Below are positions 38,981 to 48,046 of a stretch of DNA of 49,942 nucleotides, one piece after another (within the stretch, counting starts at the first letter, position 1; each line of letters opens with the position of its first letter). Where the stretch lies: contig JAYVCD010000314.1 of NCBI GenBank assembly GCA_043750125.1, positions 1-49,942 of the forward strand, written 5' to 3'. The notes beneath the pieces are model-generated. The model saw only the letters and a list, made by a program, of their open reading frames with translations, was not told the DNA's origin and made no database searches. Origin of the DNA: Archangiaceae bacterium. GTDB taxonomy: Bacteria > Myxococcota > Myxococcia > Myxococcales > Myxococcaceae. The translations under genes were made by a program, and so were the position numbers.

Positions 38981-40483
38981 ATGAAATTGAACGGCACTAC
39001 GGGTGCGGCCTTTGCTTGCCTGCTCTTCTCGTCTCTGGGGCTGGCGGCCCCGAGGACCGTGACGATCGCGGCGGGTGACTGTCGGAATCCTGATTTGATC
39101 GCGGCGACCCAGACCTTGTCGGCGGTGGTCTCGAGCAAGGCCGGGTCTGACGTGTTGACCAGCGAGGCGGTGCTCGAACGGTTTCGTCCCGTTCCCACAC
39201 TGAGCACCGAAGAGCTCAGCCGGCAGCTCGAGGCGGCGCAGACCCAGTTCTATTCGGGCGCGTACGACAAGGCGCTCGAAGCGCTGCGTCAGGCGACCGC
39301 GGCGATCGACCGCCTGTCCCCGCGCGCGGAGCCGTGGAGGTTGATGAGCCGGGCGCTGATGCTGCAGGCGCTGGTCTACAAGACGACCGGTCGCAAGAGC
39401 GAGGCGCTAGAGGCCCACAAGCGGGTGCTGCGGATCGAGCCGGGCTTCAAGCTGGACGTGGATTACTCGACTCCGGCCACGATTCAGGCGTTCGACGTGC
39501 TTCGCAAAGAGCTGCAGCGGGTGAAGAAGGTGAAGCTCACCATCACCTCGAGCCCCAATGCGGCGCAGGTGTTCCTCGATGGGGCGCTGGTGGGAAAGAC
39601 TCCGTTCGCAGGCGAGTACCCCCTGGGTGACTATCGGTTGTCGTTGGCAGTCTTCGAGAAAGTCAGCTTCACCCGTGAGCTCAAGTTGTCTCGCGACGAG
39701 GCTTTGCAAATCGACCTTGGCTTCGAGGGGGCGCTCAGTCCGCGGCCTCCGCTGTGTGTGAACGTCGAACCCGCGCAGATGGTCGACAGCGCGCTGAAGC
39801 TCGCCGCCCTCGCCGGAGCCGACAACGTGATCGTGCTGGGGCTCGAGGCCCGCAACAACGAGCCGGGGTGGGTGACCGCGCAACTGCTCGAGGTGAACAA
39901 GGGCACCAAGGTGCGCGATGGAGGAATCCGGTTCATGGGCTCCCGGCGCGGACAGGCCCTGACTGCTCTGGCGGGCTTTGTGCTCACTGGAAATCCGAGC
40001 GCGGCTGAAATCGCGGCGCTGGGCGCGACTGCGGAAACGGCTTCCGCGCCAACTGCAGTTGCGACCCTGCCGGGGGAACCGGCTTCGGAGGTCGTCGCGG
40101 CGCCTGCGATGGTCGAGGAAAATGTGAAGCGCGGTCTGGGTCCCCGGATTGGGAGTTACGTGTTGATTGGAGCCGGGGCGATCGCCGGGATCTGTGCGGT
40201 GGGTGTTTATGTTCCGGGGGCTGCGGACCGCCTCGCGCTCTCGACGTTGATCGATCAGCAGGGGACGGTGAGGCCGGGGGTGAACGCCGAAGAAGCCAAG
40301 GGGGTGCAGGCCCGGGTCGACACCAACTTTTCCAACACCCTGATTCTGGGGGCGGCGGGAGGAGCGGCCCTCGTGGCAGGGGTCATCGTCTTCTTCGTGC
40401 TGCCGCCCAACAAAGGCAGGCCTCAGCTGAGCGTGGCGCCGACCCGCGAAGGGTTCTGGGCCGGAGCGACGTTCAGGTTTTGA
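38981..40483 (+). CDS. exported TPR + PEGA domain protein
   Basis: Signal peptide from ATG 38981; TPR-like helices; LTITSSPNAAQVFLDGALVGKTP; C-terminal ATFRF. Confidence 0.85.
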   Translation: MKLNGTTGAAFACLLFSSLGLAAPRTVTIAAGDCRNPDLIAATQTLSAVVSSKAGSDVLTSEAVLERFRPVPTLSTEELSRQLEAAQTQFYSGAYDKALEALRQATAAIDRLSPRAEPWRLMSRALMLQALVYKTTGRKSEALEAHKRVLRIEPGFKLDVDYSTPATIQAFDVLRKELQRVKKVKLTITSSPNAAQVFLDGALVGKTPFAGEYPLGDYRLSLAVFEKVSFTRELKLSRDEALQIDLGFEGALSPRPPLCVNVEPAQMVDSALKLAALAGADNVIVLGLEARNNEPGWVTAQLLEVNKGTKVRDGGIRFMGSRRGQALTALAGFVLTGNPSAAEIAALGATAETASAPTAVATLPGEPASEVVAAPAMVEENVKRGLGPRIGSYVLIGAGAIAGICAVGVYVPGAADRLALSTLIDQQGTVRPGVNAEEAKGVQARVDTNFSNTLILGAAGGAALVAGVIVFFVLPPNKGRPQLSVAPTREGFWAGATFRF

Positions 40484-40843
40484 CGACTGCAGCGACCGGC
40501 GACGCTTTGGGCCCGATGCCGTGGACCTCGAGCTCCCGGTCGAGCTTGCGCCCGATCATCAACGCCCACATCCGCCAGTCCGCGATCAAGCTCCACAGCG
40601 GGTAGGTGAAGGTGGCGGAGCGGTTCTTCTCGACGAAGGAATGGCTGGCCCAGGCCCAGGAATAGCCCGAGACGAGGGCTCCGATCAGCGGCTGCCAGTG
40701 CATCGAGACGACCGCGGCCGCGATCAGCATTGCGGCCAGGGTGGTGCCGACGAAGTGGAGCTGTCGGGTCAGCGGGAAGCGGTGCTCGCCCAGGTAATAC
40801 GGCCAGAACGCGCTGAAGCTCGTGATGGACGGACGGGGCTCAC
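40473..40843 (-). pseudogene. DUF962/Mpo1-like membrane protein with a frameshift just after the start
   Basis: The frame reads SFSAFWPYYLGEHRFPLTRQLHFVGT ... SHSFVEKNRSATFTYPLWSL. The only plausible start (GTG 40843, overlapping the upstream stop) is out of frame by one base. Confidence 0.75.
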
Positions 40844-41088
40844 TTCTCGAAGATGGCCTTCACGAAGCCGAACAAGCTGCTCTTTCGCGGTTTGAGGTCG
40901 TCGATCTTCACTTCTTTGGAGGCGCCGGGAGGAGAAGGCTCGATGTCCAGGGTGGGCTTTTGTCGGCGTTCGGGGTTGAGCGACATCAAACTGAACTCGT
41001 CCTCACCCTCGTACGAAATCTGAGCGCGGGGGCGATCCCCGGTTTTGGAAGCGGTGCTGCCGGACGGTTTTGAGGGGGGAAGAGACAT
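40840..41088 (-). CDS. small hypothetical protein
   Basis: Fills the gap between genes; amphipathic C-terminus SLFGFVKAIFEK; its stop overlaps the next GTG. Confidence 0.55.
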   Translation of the reverse strand: MSLPPSKPSGSTASKTGDRPRAQISYEGEDEFSLMSLNPERRQKPTLDIEPSPPGASKEVKIDDLKPRKSSLFGFVKAIFEK

Positions 41089-41165
41089 GGTCGCCAGATT
41101 AGGTGAAGCCTGGCTCGCCAATCAATTGACCCACCTTTGTCCTCGTGGGAGCTTTCAGCACGTCA

Positions 41166-41468
41166 ATGTCGCGGCACCTTCTTGCAGCATTCATGGGGGT
41201 TGGTCTCGCGGCTTGCGGCCCGGTGCAGTCGACCGCGCATCTGCTCGACGCCGACGTCCAGCTCGAGGCGGCCCGCACGGCCCAGGCAGACAAGCTGGCC
41301 CCCTATGAGTGGACGGCAGCCAACCTCTACCTGCACAAGGCGCGGGAAGAAGTGGGCTACGCGGACTTCGAACAGGCGGTCACCTATGCGCAGAAGGCTT
41401 CGAAGTTCGCCAACGCCGCGCGTGATGTCGCGATGAAAGCAGTCAAGAAGGACGACCCGGGACCTTGA
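41166..41468 (+). CDS. DUF4398-like lipoprotein
   Basis: Lipobox LAAC; ADKLAPYEWTAANLYLHKAREE. Confidence 0.8.
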   Translation: MSRHLLAAFMGVGLAACGPVQSTAHLLDADVQLEAARTAQADKLAPYEWTAANLYLHKAREEVGYADFEQAVTYAQKASKFANAARDVAMKAVKKDDPGP

Positions 41469-42739
41469 AGCGACTTGCCTGCATCGGGGTGGGCGTGCTG
41501 GTGCTGTGGGGCACCGGCTGTGTCAGCGGTGCCCAGGTGCGCGCCAGCGCCGACGTGATCAAAGTCGACCTCGAGCGGGCGCGGCGCAGCGGAGCGATGC
41601 GCTGTGCTCCCCGCGAATTGGCCACGGCCGAGGCGAGCCTCGAGTTCGCGCTCGGGGAGCTCGATGAAGGGACCTCTTTTCGCGCCGCTGAGCACCTGAA
41701 GGAAGCCGAAGCGGCTGCGAAAAAAGCGCTGTTGCTGTCGAAGGATTGCGGTCCGAAGCAGGTGCTGGTCAAAGAGCAGCCGCAGCTGATCGTCAGAATC
41801 GAAGAGACCGACAAAGACGGGGACGGGGTTCTCGACAAGGACGACAAGTGCCCCGCCAACCCGGGCCCGGTCGAGAATCAGGGCTGCCCGGTGCCGGTGG
41901 TGGGCGATCGCGACGGGGACGGAATTCCCGACGACAAGGACAAATGTCCCGATCAGCCCGAAGACAAGGACGGCTTCGAAGACGAGGATGGCTGTCCGGA
42001 CGTGGACAACGACAACGACGGCCTGCTCGACGGGGCCGACAAGTGCCCCAACATTCCCGGCCCGATCCAGAACATCGGCTGCCCGGTCACCGACAAAGAT
42101 GGCGACGGGATTCCGGACGACAAGGACAAGTGTCCCAACGAGCCTGAAGACAAGGACGGCTTTCAGGACGACGACGGCTGCCCGGACTTCGACAACGACC
42201 AGGACGGCCTGCCCGACGAGAAAGACAAGTGCCCGAACGAGCCGGGGCCGACCGAAAACCAGGGCTGCCCGGACAAAGATCGCGATGGCGACGGGGTGGT
42301 CGACCGCGAAGATCTCTGCCCGGATCAGTTCGGGGTGAGGGAAGAGAAGGGCTGCCCGAAGAAGTACACGATGGTGGTGGTCACCAAGGAACGAATCGAG
42401 ATCAAGAAGCAGATCAAGTTCGCCTCGGGCAGCGCGAAGATCATCGGAGCCGAGAGCGAGAAGATCCTCGATGAAGTCGCGCAGGCGCTGCAGGACACTC
42501 CTTCAATCAAGAACATCCGGATTGAGGGGCACACCGATTCTGACGGGTCGGACATCGCGAACCTGAAGCTGTCGCAAAATCGGGCCAACGCGGTGATGAC
42601 GGCGCTGATCAAGCGCAAGGTCGACCCGGCGCGGATGCAGGCGGTGGGCTACGGGGAAGAAAAGCCAATTGCGTCCAACCTGAGCAAAGCGGGCAAGGCC
42701 GAGAACCGTCGTACCGAGTTCAACATCGTCCCTCAATGA
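41465..42739 (+). CDS. OmpA-family lipoprotein with DUF4398-like helices and thrombospondin type-3 repeats
   Basis: GTGC lipobox; repeated DxDGDGxxDxxDxCP; EGHTD...LSQNRA...GYGE...NRRTEF. Confidence 0.93.
   Translation: MKRLACIGVGVLVLWGTGCVSGAQVRASADVIKVDLERARRSGAMRCAPRELATAEASLEFALGELDEGTSFRAAEHLKEAEAAAKKALLLSKDCGPKQVLVKEQPQLIVRIEETDKDGDGVLDKDDKCPANPGPVENQGCPVPVVGDRDGDGIPDDKDKCPDQPEDKDGFEDEDGCPDVDNDNDGLLDGADKCPNIPGPIQNIGCPVTDKDGDGIPDDKDKCPNEPEDKDGFQDDDGCPDFDNDQDGLPDEKDKCPNEPGPTENQGCPDKDRDGDGVVDREDLCPDQFGVREEKGCPKKYTMVVVTKERIEIKKQIKFASGSAKIIGAESEKILDEVAQALQDTPSIKNIRIEGHTDSDGSDIANLKLSQNRANAVMTALIKRKVDPARMQAVGYGEEKPIASNLSKAGKAENRRTEFNIVPQ
41806..42357 (+). repeat. coding TSP3 Ca-binding repeats
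   Basis: About six DxDxDGxxDxxDxCP...GCP units. Confidence 0.85.
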
Positions 42740-42802
42740 CGCGTGTCGGTGGACCGCAGGCCGGCTGGCCTCTCGGGAAGGTCGTGATAGACACGACGAC
42801 GC

Positions 42803-43957
42803 GTGCAGGCCTTCATCACCCAGATCTGCGGCTTCTTGCCCAACCCCTCGGTGCCCAACGAGGCCATCGAGACGGTCCTGGGTCAGGCCGGTGGCCGTCC
42901 TTCGATGACGCGCCGACGCGTGCTGCAGGCCAACGGGATTTTGGCTCGGCACTATGCGATCGACCCCGCGAGCGGCGCCCAGAGCCACACCAACGCCCAG
43001 CTCGCCGCTGCGGCCGTGCGGCTGCTCGTCGAGCGCACCGGCCTCGACCTGTTGTCGAACCTGGCGCTGCTGTCCTGTGGAACTGCGACGGCAGATCAGA
43101 TGATTCCCGGACACGCCTCGATGGTGCACGGTGAGCTCCAAGCCGCGCCGTGCGAGATCGTCTCGGTGGCGGGCGCCTGCTGCACCGGGATTACGGCGCT
43201 GAAGTACGCCTGCCTGGCGGTGGCCGGGGGCGAGCATCCAAGGGCGGTGGTGACGGCCTCCGAGCTCACCAGCCCGCTGATGCGCGCGAGCCATTTTGCT
43301 CCCGAGCTTGCCGAACGCGCCGCCGCGCTCGAGAAGAACCCGACCCTCGCCTTCGAGCACGACTTCCTGCGCTGGATGCTCTCGGACGGTGCCGCCGCGA
43401 TGTTGGTCGAGCCCGAGCCGATCGCGCGGGGGAAGATGCCGGCGCTGAAGGTCGAGTGGATCGACTCGTTGAGCTTCGCGGGCGAGGCCGAAGTCTGCAT
43501 GTACCACCTGGCCGCGAAGCGAGACGGCAAGCTGGTCAGCTGGAAGTCGGTGGAAGATCCGCAGGAATGGGTGCGCGGCGGCTTCTTCAACATGGGGCAG
43601 GACGCGCGGATGTTGAGCGAACAGATCGGCCAACTGGTCGGGCGCAAGGGGCTGGGGGCGATGCTGAAGAAGCACCCGCTGTCCGTCGACGAGATCGATT
43701 GGTTCGTTACCCACCACAGCTCGAACTATTTCCTTCCCGAGGTGCAAAAGCGCATCGCCGAGGTGGGGCTGCCCATTCCTCCGGAACGACAGTTCTCGAC
43801 GTTGAGCGAGCAGGGCAACACCGGCTCGGCTTCGGTGTTCCTCTCGATCGAGGCGCTCGCCCAGCGCGGTCAGCTGCAGAAGGGCCAGAAGCTCCTCGTC
43901 TTCGTGCCCGAGAGCGCACGGTTCAGCGTCGTCTACGCTTTGTTCACAGTGTGTTGA
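42803..43957 (+). CDS. darB: DarB/StlD-type KAS III ketosynthase (copy 1)
   Basis: FLPN...N, HASMVHGEL, catalytic ACC, SELTS, DFLRWMLSDGA, HHSS, GNTGS, VPESARFS. Confidence 0.88.
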   Translation: MQAFITQICGFLPNPSVPNEAIETVLGQAGGRPSMTRRRVLQANGILARHYAIDPASGAQSHTNAQLAAAAVRLLVERTGLDLLSNLALLSCGTATADQMIPGHASMVHGELQAAPCEIVSVAGACCTGITALKYACLAVAGGEHPRAVVTASELTSPLMRASHFAPELAERAAALEKNPTLAFEHDFLRWMLSDGAAAMLVEPEPIARGKMPALKVEWIDSLSFAGEAEVCMYHLAAKRDGKLVSWKSVEDPQEWVRGGFFNMGQDARMLSEQIGQLVGRKGLGAMLKKHPLSVDEIDWFVTHHSSNYFLPEVQKRIAEVGLPIPPERQFSTLSEQGNTGSASVFLSIEALAQRGQLQKGQKLLVFVPESARFSVVYALFTVC

Positions 43958-43958
43958 G

Positions 43959-44387
43959 TTGAAAAAGGAAGACGTCTCTCAGGATGATTCGTTTCTCGAC
44001 GGCCATCAGAAGGCGGCCTACGCGGTCGACGAGCACGGGAAATACGTCGTGGTCCCGTCGCGGGGGTACGCAGACGAGGTCGTCGCCACCACCGTCGCGC
44101 TGCGGGTTCAAGACCAGTTGATTCAGATCGCGTGGGAAAAGGCGCGGAAGGGTGAGCAGAGCCCGCTGGCCTACCACCTGGCGACGCGGCAATGGACGCT
44201 GGGGCTGGCGGCCGCGCAGATGGGCATCGGGCGATGGCGGGTGTGGTGGCACCTGAAGCCCTTTGGGTTTCGCCGCCTCTCATCATCCTTGTCCCGGCGG
44301 TATTGCCAGGAGCTGGACGTGACCCCGGCGCAGTTGAAGACCGTTCCCGATGCGCCTGAGCTGACGATGGGGGACGCCGATGACTGA
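43959..44387 (+). CDS. conserved hypothetical protein of dar-type clusters
   Basis: MKKEDVSQD, YAVDEHGKY, SPLAYH, RVWWHLKP. The association with dar clusters is recalled, not searched. Confidence 0.7.
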   Translation: MKKEDVSQDDSFLDGHQKAAYAVDEHGKYVVVPSRGYADEVVATTVALRVQDQLIQIAWEKARKGEQSPLAYHLATRQWTLGLAAAQMGIGRWRVWWHLKPFGFRRLSSSLSRRYCQELDVTPAQLKTVPDAPELTMGDADD

Positions 44388-45438
44388 GATTGCGTTCAAA
44401 CATTTCCATTCGGCCCACTGCGAATCGGGGGTGACCGCGTCGCTGTTGAGCCATCACGGCTTGCCGCTGTCCGAGCCGATGGCGTTCGGAATCGCGGCGG
44501 GCCTGTTCTTCATTCACCTGCCGGTGAAGAGCTTGTTCGGCGCACCCAACACCAACTTTCGATCTGCGCCGGGCGGCATCTTTCGCAAGGCGTGCAGGCG
44601 GCTGGGGGTGCAGTTCGAGATCCGCACCTTTCGCGACACCGAACGAGGGGCGCGCGAGCTCGAGCAGTTGGTGGCGTCGGGCATTCCCGTCGGGGTTCAG
44701 ACCAATGTCTTTTGGCTCTCGCACATGCCGAAGCGGTTTCGCTTTCAGTTCAACGCCCACAACCTGGTGGTCTTCGGAAAAAGCGAAGAGGGCTGGAGAG
44801 TCAGTGACCCGGTGCTCGAGGTTCCGCTGAACTGCACGGCGGCTTCGATGGCGCGGGCGCGATTTGCAAAGGGCTTTCTGGCTCCGAAGGGGAAGCTCTA
44901 CTTCGTGACCGGCATTCCCACGGTCGATGCGGCGCGGCTGCGTCACGCGGTCCGTGAAGGGGTGATTGATACGGCGAAGGGGATGTCGCGCATTCCACTT
45001 CCGTTCTTCGGGGGCAAAGCCATCGGCCTGCTCGCCGACCGAATGGAAAAGTGGCCGCGGATCTACAAGGACCCGCAAGACAGCCTGGTGCAGCTGTCGA
45101 ACGTGGTGCGGATGCAGGAAGAGATCGGCACCGGAGGAGCGGGCTTTCGTTACCTCTACGCGGCGTTCCTACAGCAAGCCGCTCCGGTGCTGGACGACAC
45201 CCTCTACCTCGAGTTCTCGGAAAAGCTGACCGACATCGGGGACACCTGGCGACAGTTCGCGGCGAAGTGCGCGCGCATCTGCCGATCGCAGAAAGCGGAA
45301 GACGCACCGTTTGCCGAAGCAGCAGCGCTGGTGCGCGACTGCGGGGTTCGAGAGCGGGCGTTGTTTTCAGAAATTCTCGAGCACGAGCAGCGGAAGGCGC
45401 GCCCGATGGCCGTACTGCCCGCCGGCCAGGCTCAATAG
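44380..45438 (+). CDS. BtrH N-terminal-domain / DUF4872 protein (papain-like fold)
   Basis: SAHCESG, LSEPMAFGI, FNAHNLVVFG, VSDP, RMQEEIGTGGAGFRYLYAAFL. Confidence 0.85.
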   Translation: MTEIAFKHFHSAHCESGVTASLLSHHGLPLSEPMAFGIAAGLFFIHLPVKSLFGAPNTNFRSAPGGIFRKACRRLGVQFEIRTFRDTERGARELEQLVASGIPVGVQTNVFWLSHMPKRFRFQFNAHNLVVFGKSEEGWRVSDPVLEVPLNCTAASMARARFAKGFLAPKGKLYFVTGIPTVDAARLRHAVREGVIDTAKGMSRIPLPFFGGKAIGLLADRMEKWPRIYKDPQDSLVQLSNVVRMQEEIGTGGAGFRYLYAAFLQQAAPVLDDTLYLEFSEKLTDIGDTWRQFAAKCARICRSQKAEDAPFAEAAALVRDCGVRERALFSEILEHEQRKARPMAVLPAGQAQ

Positions 45439-45445
45439 AGAATTT

Positions 45446-46459
45446 TCAAACCGCGTGGACCCGACGGGTCTGCGCCATCATCTGGGGCCCGATGTCGGCC
45501 GCGTTTTGAATGGGCAGACTGGTGAGCATTCCGATGATCTGCGCGATGCGATCGTACGGGGCGACGAAGGGAGGGGCGCCCACCGCCGGCAGCAATGCCT
45601 TCAGCCGGTCCATCGCTTCGTTCACCGGGTGGTTGACGCTCTTGCTGGCGTTGAACCAGAAGTGGAGCACCTTCAAGGCCTCGAGCCGCTCGCGTTCTGG
45701 CTGGGCAGAGGTGGCGATGATCCGACGGGCGTAGGTGAAGAAGCTGGCACCGTGTCGCGCCTCGTCCGCAGAGATCCGTTCGACCAGTCGGGTGATCAAT
45801 GGCTCGGGCGCGCCACCGACCATCTGCAGGTACGCGTGGGCGGCGACCATCTCAGAGATGATGTTGGTCACCAGCGTCCCGGTCTGGGACTTCATTAAGG
45901 GCGCGGACGCACGACCCTGGATCACGAAGTCTTTGCCCGGCGCTTCCCCTGCGAGCGCGAGCCACTTGAGCAACACCAGGGGGTGGCGTGTCTCTTCGTA
46001 GAACCAGACCGAGATCCACTGCGAGAAGTCGGTGTCGTCGCCGAACGCTTCCATGAAGCGCTGGGTGGCCGAGAAGGTCGTCTGCTCGGAATACGCCATT
46101 TCCCGAACCACCGCGCGCAAGCCGGGGGTCGCCTTGAGTTTGTCGAACGAGGCCCAGGGCATCTCTTCGACTTTCCAGCGAACGGCCTCGGCGACTTCCA
46201 TCACTGGCGAATAGAGATCGGTCGGGGCCAGCGCGGCGGGCAGATCGACGGCGGCTGAGGCCTCGGCGACGGCGATCGCCTGCGTGGGGCAGAGGACCCG
46301 CGCGGCCTCGCAGGCCAGGCCCTCGAATGCGTGGGTCGGATTGCGACGCACCTTCGCCGGCCCGGCTCGGACGGAAAAATTCTCGGGCGCGACGGTCGCG
46401 CAGGCTGCACACCGAATGCACGCGCGCGGGTCGACCTCGTAAGCACCAGGGCTGGCCAT
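45446..46459 (-). CDS. ferredoxin fused to a ferritin-like diiron enzyme (acyl-ACP desaturase-like)
   Basis: N-terminal CIRCAAC...CPTQAI; C-terminal AYSE, WFYEETRH, IISE, ISADEARH; start placed at ATG 46459. Confidence 0.82.
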   Translation of the reverse strand: MASPGAYEVDPRACIRCAACATVAPENFSVRAGPAKVRRNPTHAFEGLACEAARVLCPTQAIAVAEASAAVDLPAALAPTDLYSPVMEVAEAVRWKVEEMPWASFDKLKATPGLRAVVREMAYSEQTTFSATQRFMEAFGDDTDFSQWISVWFYEETRHPLVLLKWLALAGEAPGKDFVIQGRASAPLMKSQTGTLVTNIISEMVAAHAYLQMVGGAPEPLITRLVERISADEARHGASFFTYARRIIATSAQPERERLEALKVLHFWFNASKSVNHPVNEAMDRLKALLPAVGAPPFVAPYDRIAQIIGMLTSLPIQNAADIGPQMMAQTRRVHAV

Positions 46460-46562
46460 GGGCGCCGCGTACCACCAAAAGAAATGGAGCCCCCAAATTT
46501 GTTGGTTTTCTCCCCGTCGGGGCGCTCGCAGGAAAACTCCCTTTCCGTCTATACATTCGCCC

Positions 46563-46892
46563 ATGGCTCAGGACGCCCCCATTACCCTCCAAGTGGACCC
46601 CCTTCCGCCGTTGCGGGAGCACCTCAAAGCGTTGATCATCAAATGCTGTGACATTCAGAATGTCACCCCGTCGCAAATTTCCGATGATGCGCCGCTGTTC
46701 GGCGGGCCTCCGATGAACCTCACCAGCCTCGATGCGGTCGAAATTGCCGTCGCGCTCGAGTACCAGTTCGGAGTGGATCTGCAGAACGCGAGCTCGGTGC
46801 GGGAATACTTCGCCTCGATTCGCGCGATGTCGGCCTTCATCGCCTCGGCGGCAGATCCAGTGAAGCTGCAGACAGTGCTGAAGCTGGGATGA
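46563..46892 (+). CDS. acyl carrier protein (DarC-like)
   Basis: ISDDAPLFG...LTSLDAVEIAVALEYQFGV. Confidence 0.88.
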   Translation: MAQDAPITLQVDPLPPLREHLKALIIKCCDIQNVTPSQISDDAPLFGGPPMNLTSLDAVEIAVALEYQFGVDLQNASSVREYFASIRAMSAFIASAADPVKLQTVLKLG

Positions 46893-48046
46893 GCGAACGG
46901 ATTCACATCGACATCCGGGCGACCGCGGCACTTTCGTGTTTCGGTTCTGATCGCGACGCACATCTTTCCGCGTTGCGGGAAGGCCGGTCGGGGATCGGGA
47001 AGACCGGCGCGGGTGAATTCGCCAACGTCCTCGCAGCGGTGATTCCAGGCGCGGACAAGAGTCCCCAACGGCCTTTCACCTTGACCGACCAGATTGCGAT
47101 TCGGCTGATCGAAGGCGCGGGCCTCACGGTCGGCGATCGCAAAGAGCTCGGCGTCTTCGTCGGCACCACCACCGGCGTCGCCGCGAGCGAAGAGATGGCG
47201 TTTTTTCAGCAGGGTGCGCTGGCGGTGAACAAGGGGTGGACGCTGCTGTGTGGAGGCCCGGGCCGAATCACCGCCCACCTCGCCCAGCGCCTCGGAGCAG
47301 GCGGCCCGCTGTTCACCTACACCACCGCCTGCACTTCGACCGCGGTCGGGCTGATCATGGCGATGCACGCGATTCGACAGGGCACGATTCGCCGGGCGGT
47401 GGTCTTTGGTCTCGACGTGCTGATGAAGATCTCGGTCGAGGGCTTCAAGTTGCTCAAGCTGTACTCGCCCACCACCTGCCGACCTTTTGACCACGATCGC
47501 GATGGGCTTCAGATGGGAGAAGCGGCTGCGGGCCTGGTGCTCGAGGGGCGAAGCGGACAACGCCGAAGTCGATTCGAGGTCCTCGATGGGGCCCTGGCCC
47601 ATGATCCCGGCCACATCGCGGCGGGCTCGGCGGACGGGGTCACCGCGGCGCAAGTGATGCAAAGGGCGCTGGAACGGGCCGGGCTGCAGGCTTCGGCGGT
47701 GACGGCGATCAAAGCGCACGGCACCGGCACCAAAGTAAACGACATGGGTGAGCTTCGGGGTCTCGAGCGGGTGTTTGGGAAGGCGGTGCCGCCTTTTGCG
47801 TCTCTCAAAGGAGTGTTCGGGCACACCCTGGGGGCCTCGACCGCGCTGGAACTCACCGCCTGGTTGTGGGCGCTCGAGGCGGGCTTTGTGCCGGGAAGCG
47901 TGGGTTTTTCGAAGGGTGCGCCGGGCGGGCTGGTGCCGCAGCTCAAGCCGTTGTCGACGGACGGAAAGCCGGGGGTCCACCTGTTCAATTCATTTGGTTT
48001 CGGAGGCACGTCGGCCTCGTTCCTGGTCGAAGATCACGGCGCATGA
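46889..48046 (+). CDS. beta-ketoacyl-ACP synthase (FabB/F-like KS)
   Basis: TACTS, KAHGTGT, GHTLGA, NSFGFGG. Confidence 0.93.
   Translation: MSERIHIDIRATAALSCFGSDRDAHLSALREGRSGIGKTGAGEFANVLAAVIPGADKSPQRPFTLTDQIAIRLIEGAGLTVGDRKELGVFVGTTTGVAASEEMAFFQQGALAVNKGWTLLCGGPGRITAHLAQRLGAGGPLFTYTTACTSTAVGLIMAMHAIRQGTIRRAVVFGLDVLMKISVEGFKLLKLYSPTTCRPFDHDRDGLQMGEAAAGLVLEGRSGQRRSRFEVLDGALAHDPGHIAAGSADGVTAAQVMQRALERAGLQASAVTAIKAHGTGTKVNDMGELRGLERVFGKAVPPFASLKGVFGHTLGASTALELTAWLWALEAGFVPGSVGFSKGAPGGLVPQLKPLSTDGKPGVHLFNSFGFGGTSASFLVEDHGA

Noticed and set aside
41806-42357. Regularly spaced DNA repeats that might suggest a CRISPR array
   Set aside because: They are degenerate in-frame TSP3 protein repeats, with no constant repeat/spacer structure and no cas genes.
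45446-46459. AurF/CmlI-type N-oxygenase assignment
   Set aside because: It lacks the extra His before the second ExxH and no aminobenzoate genes are visible; a desaturase-like call fits better but is unproven.
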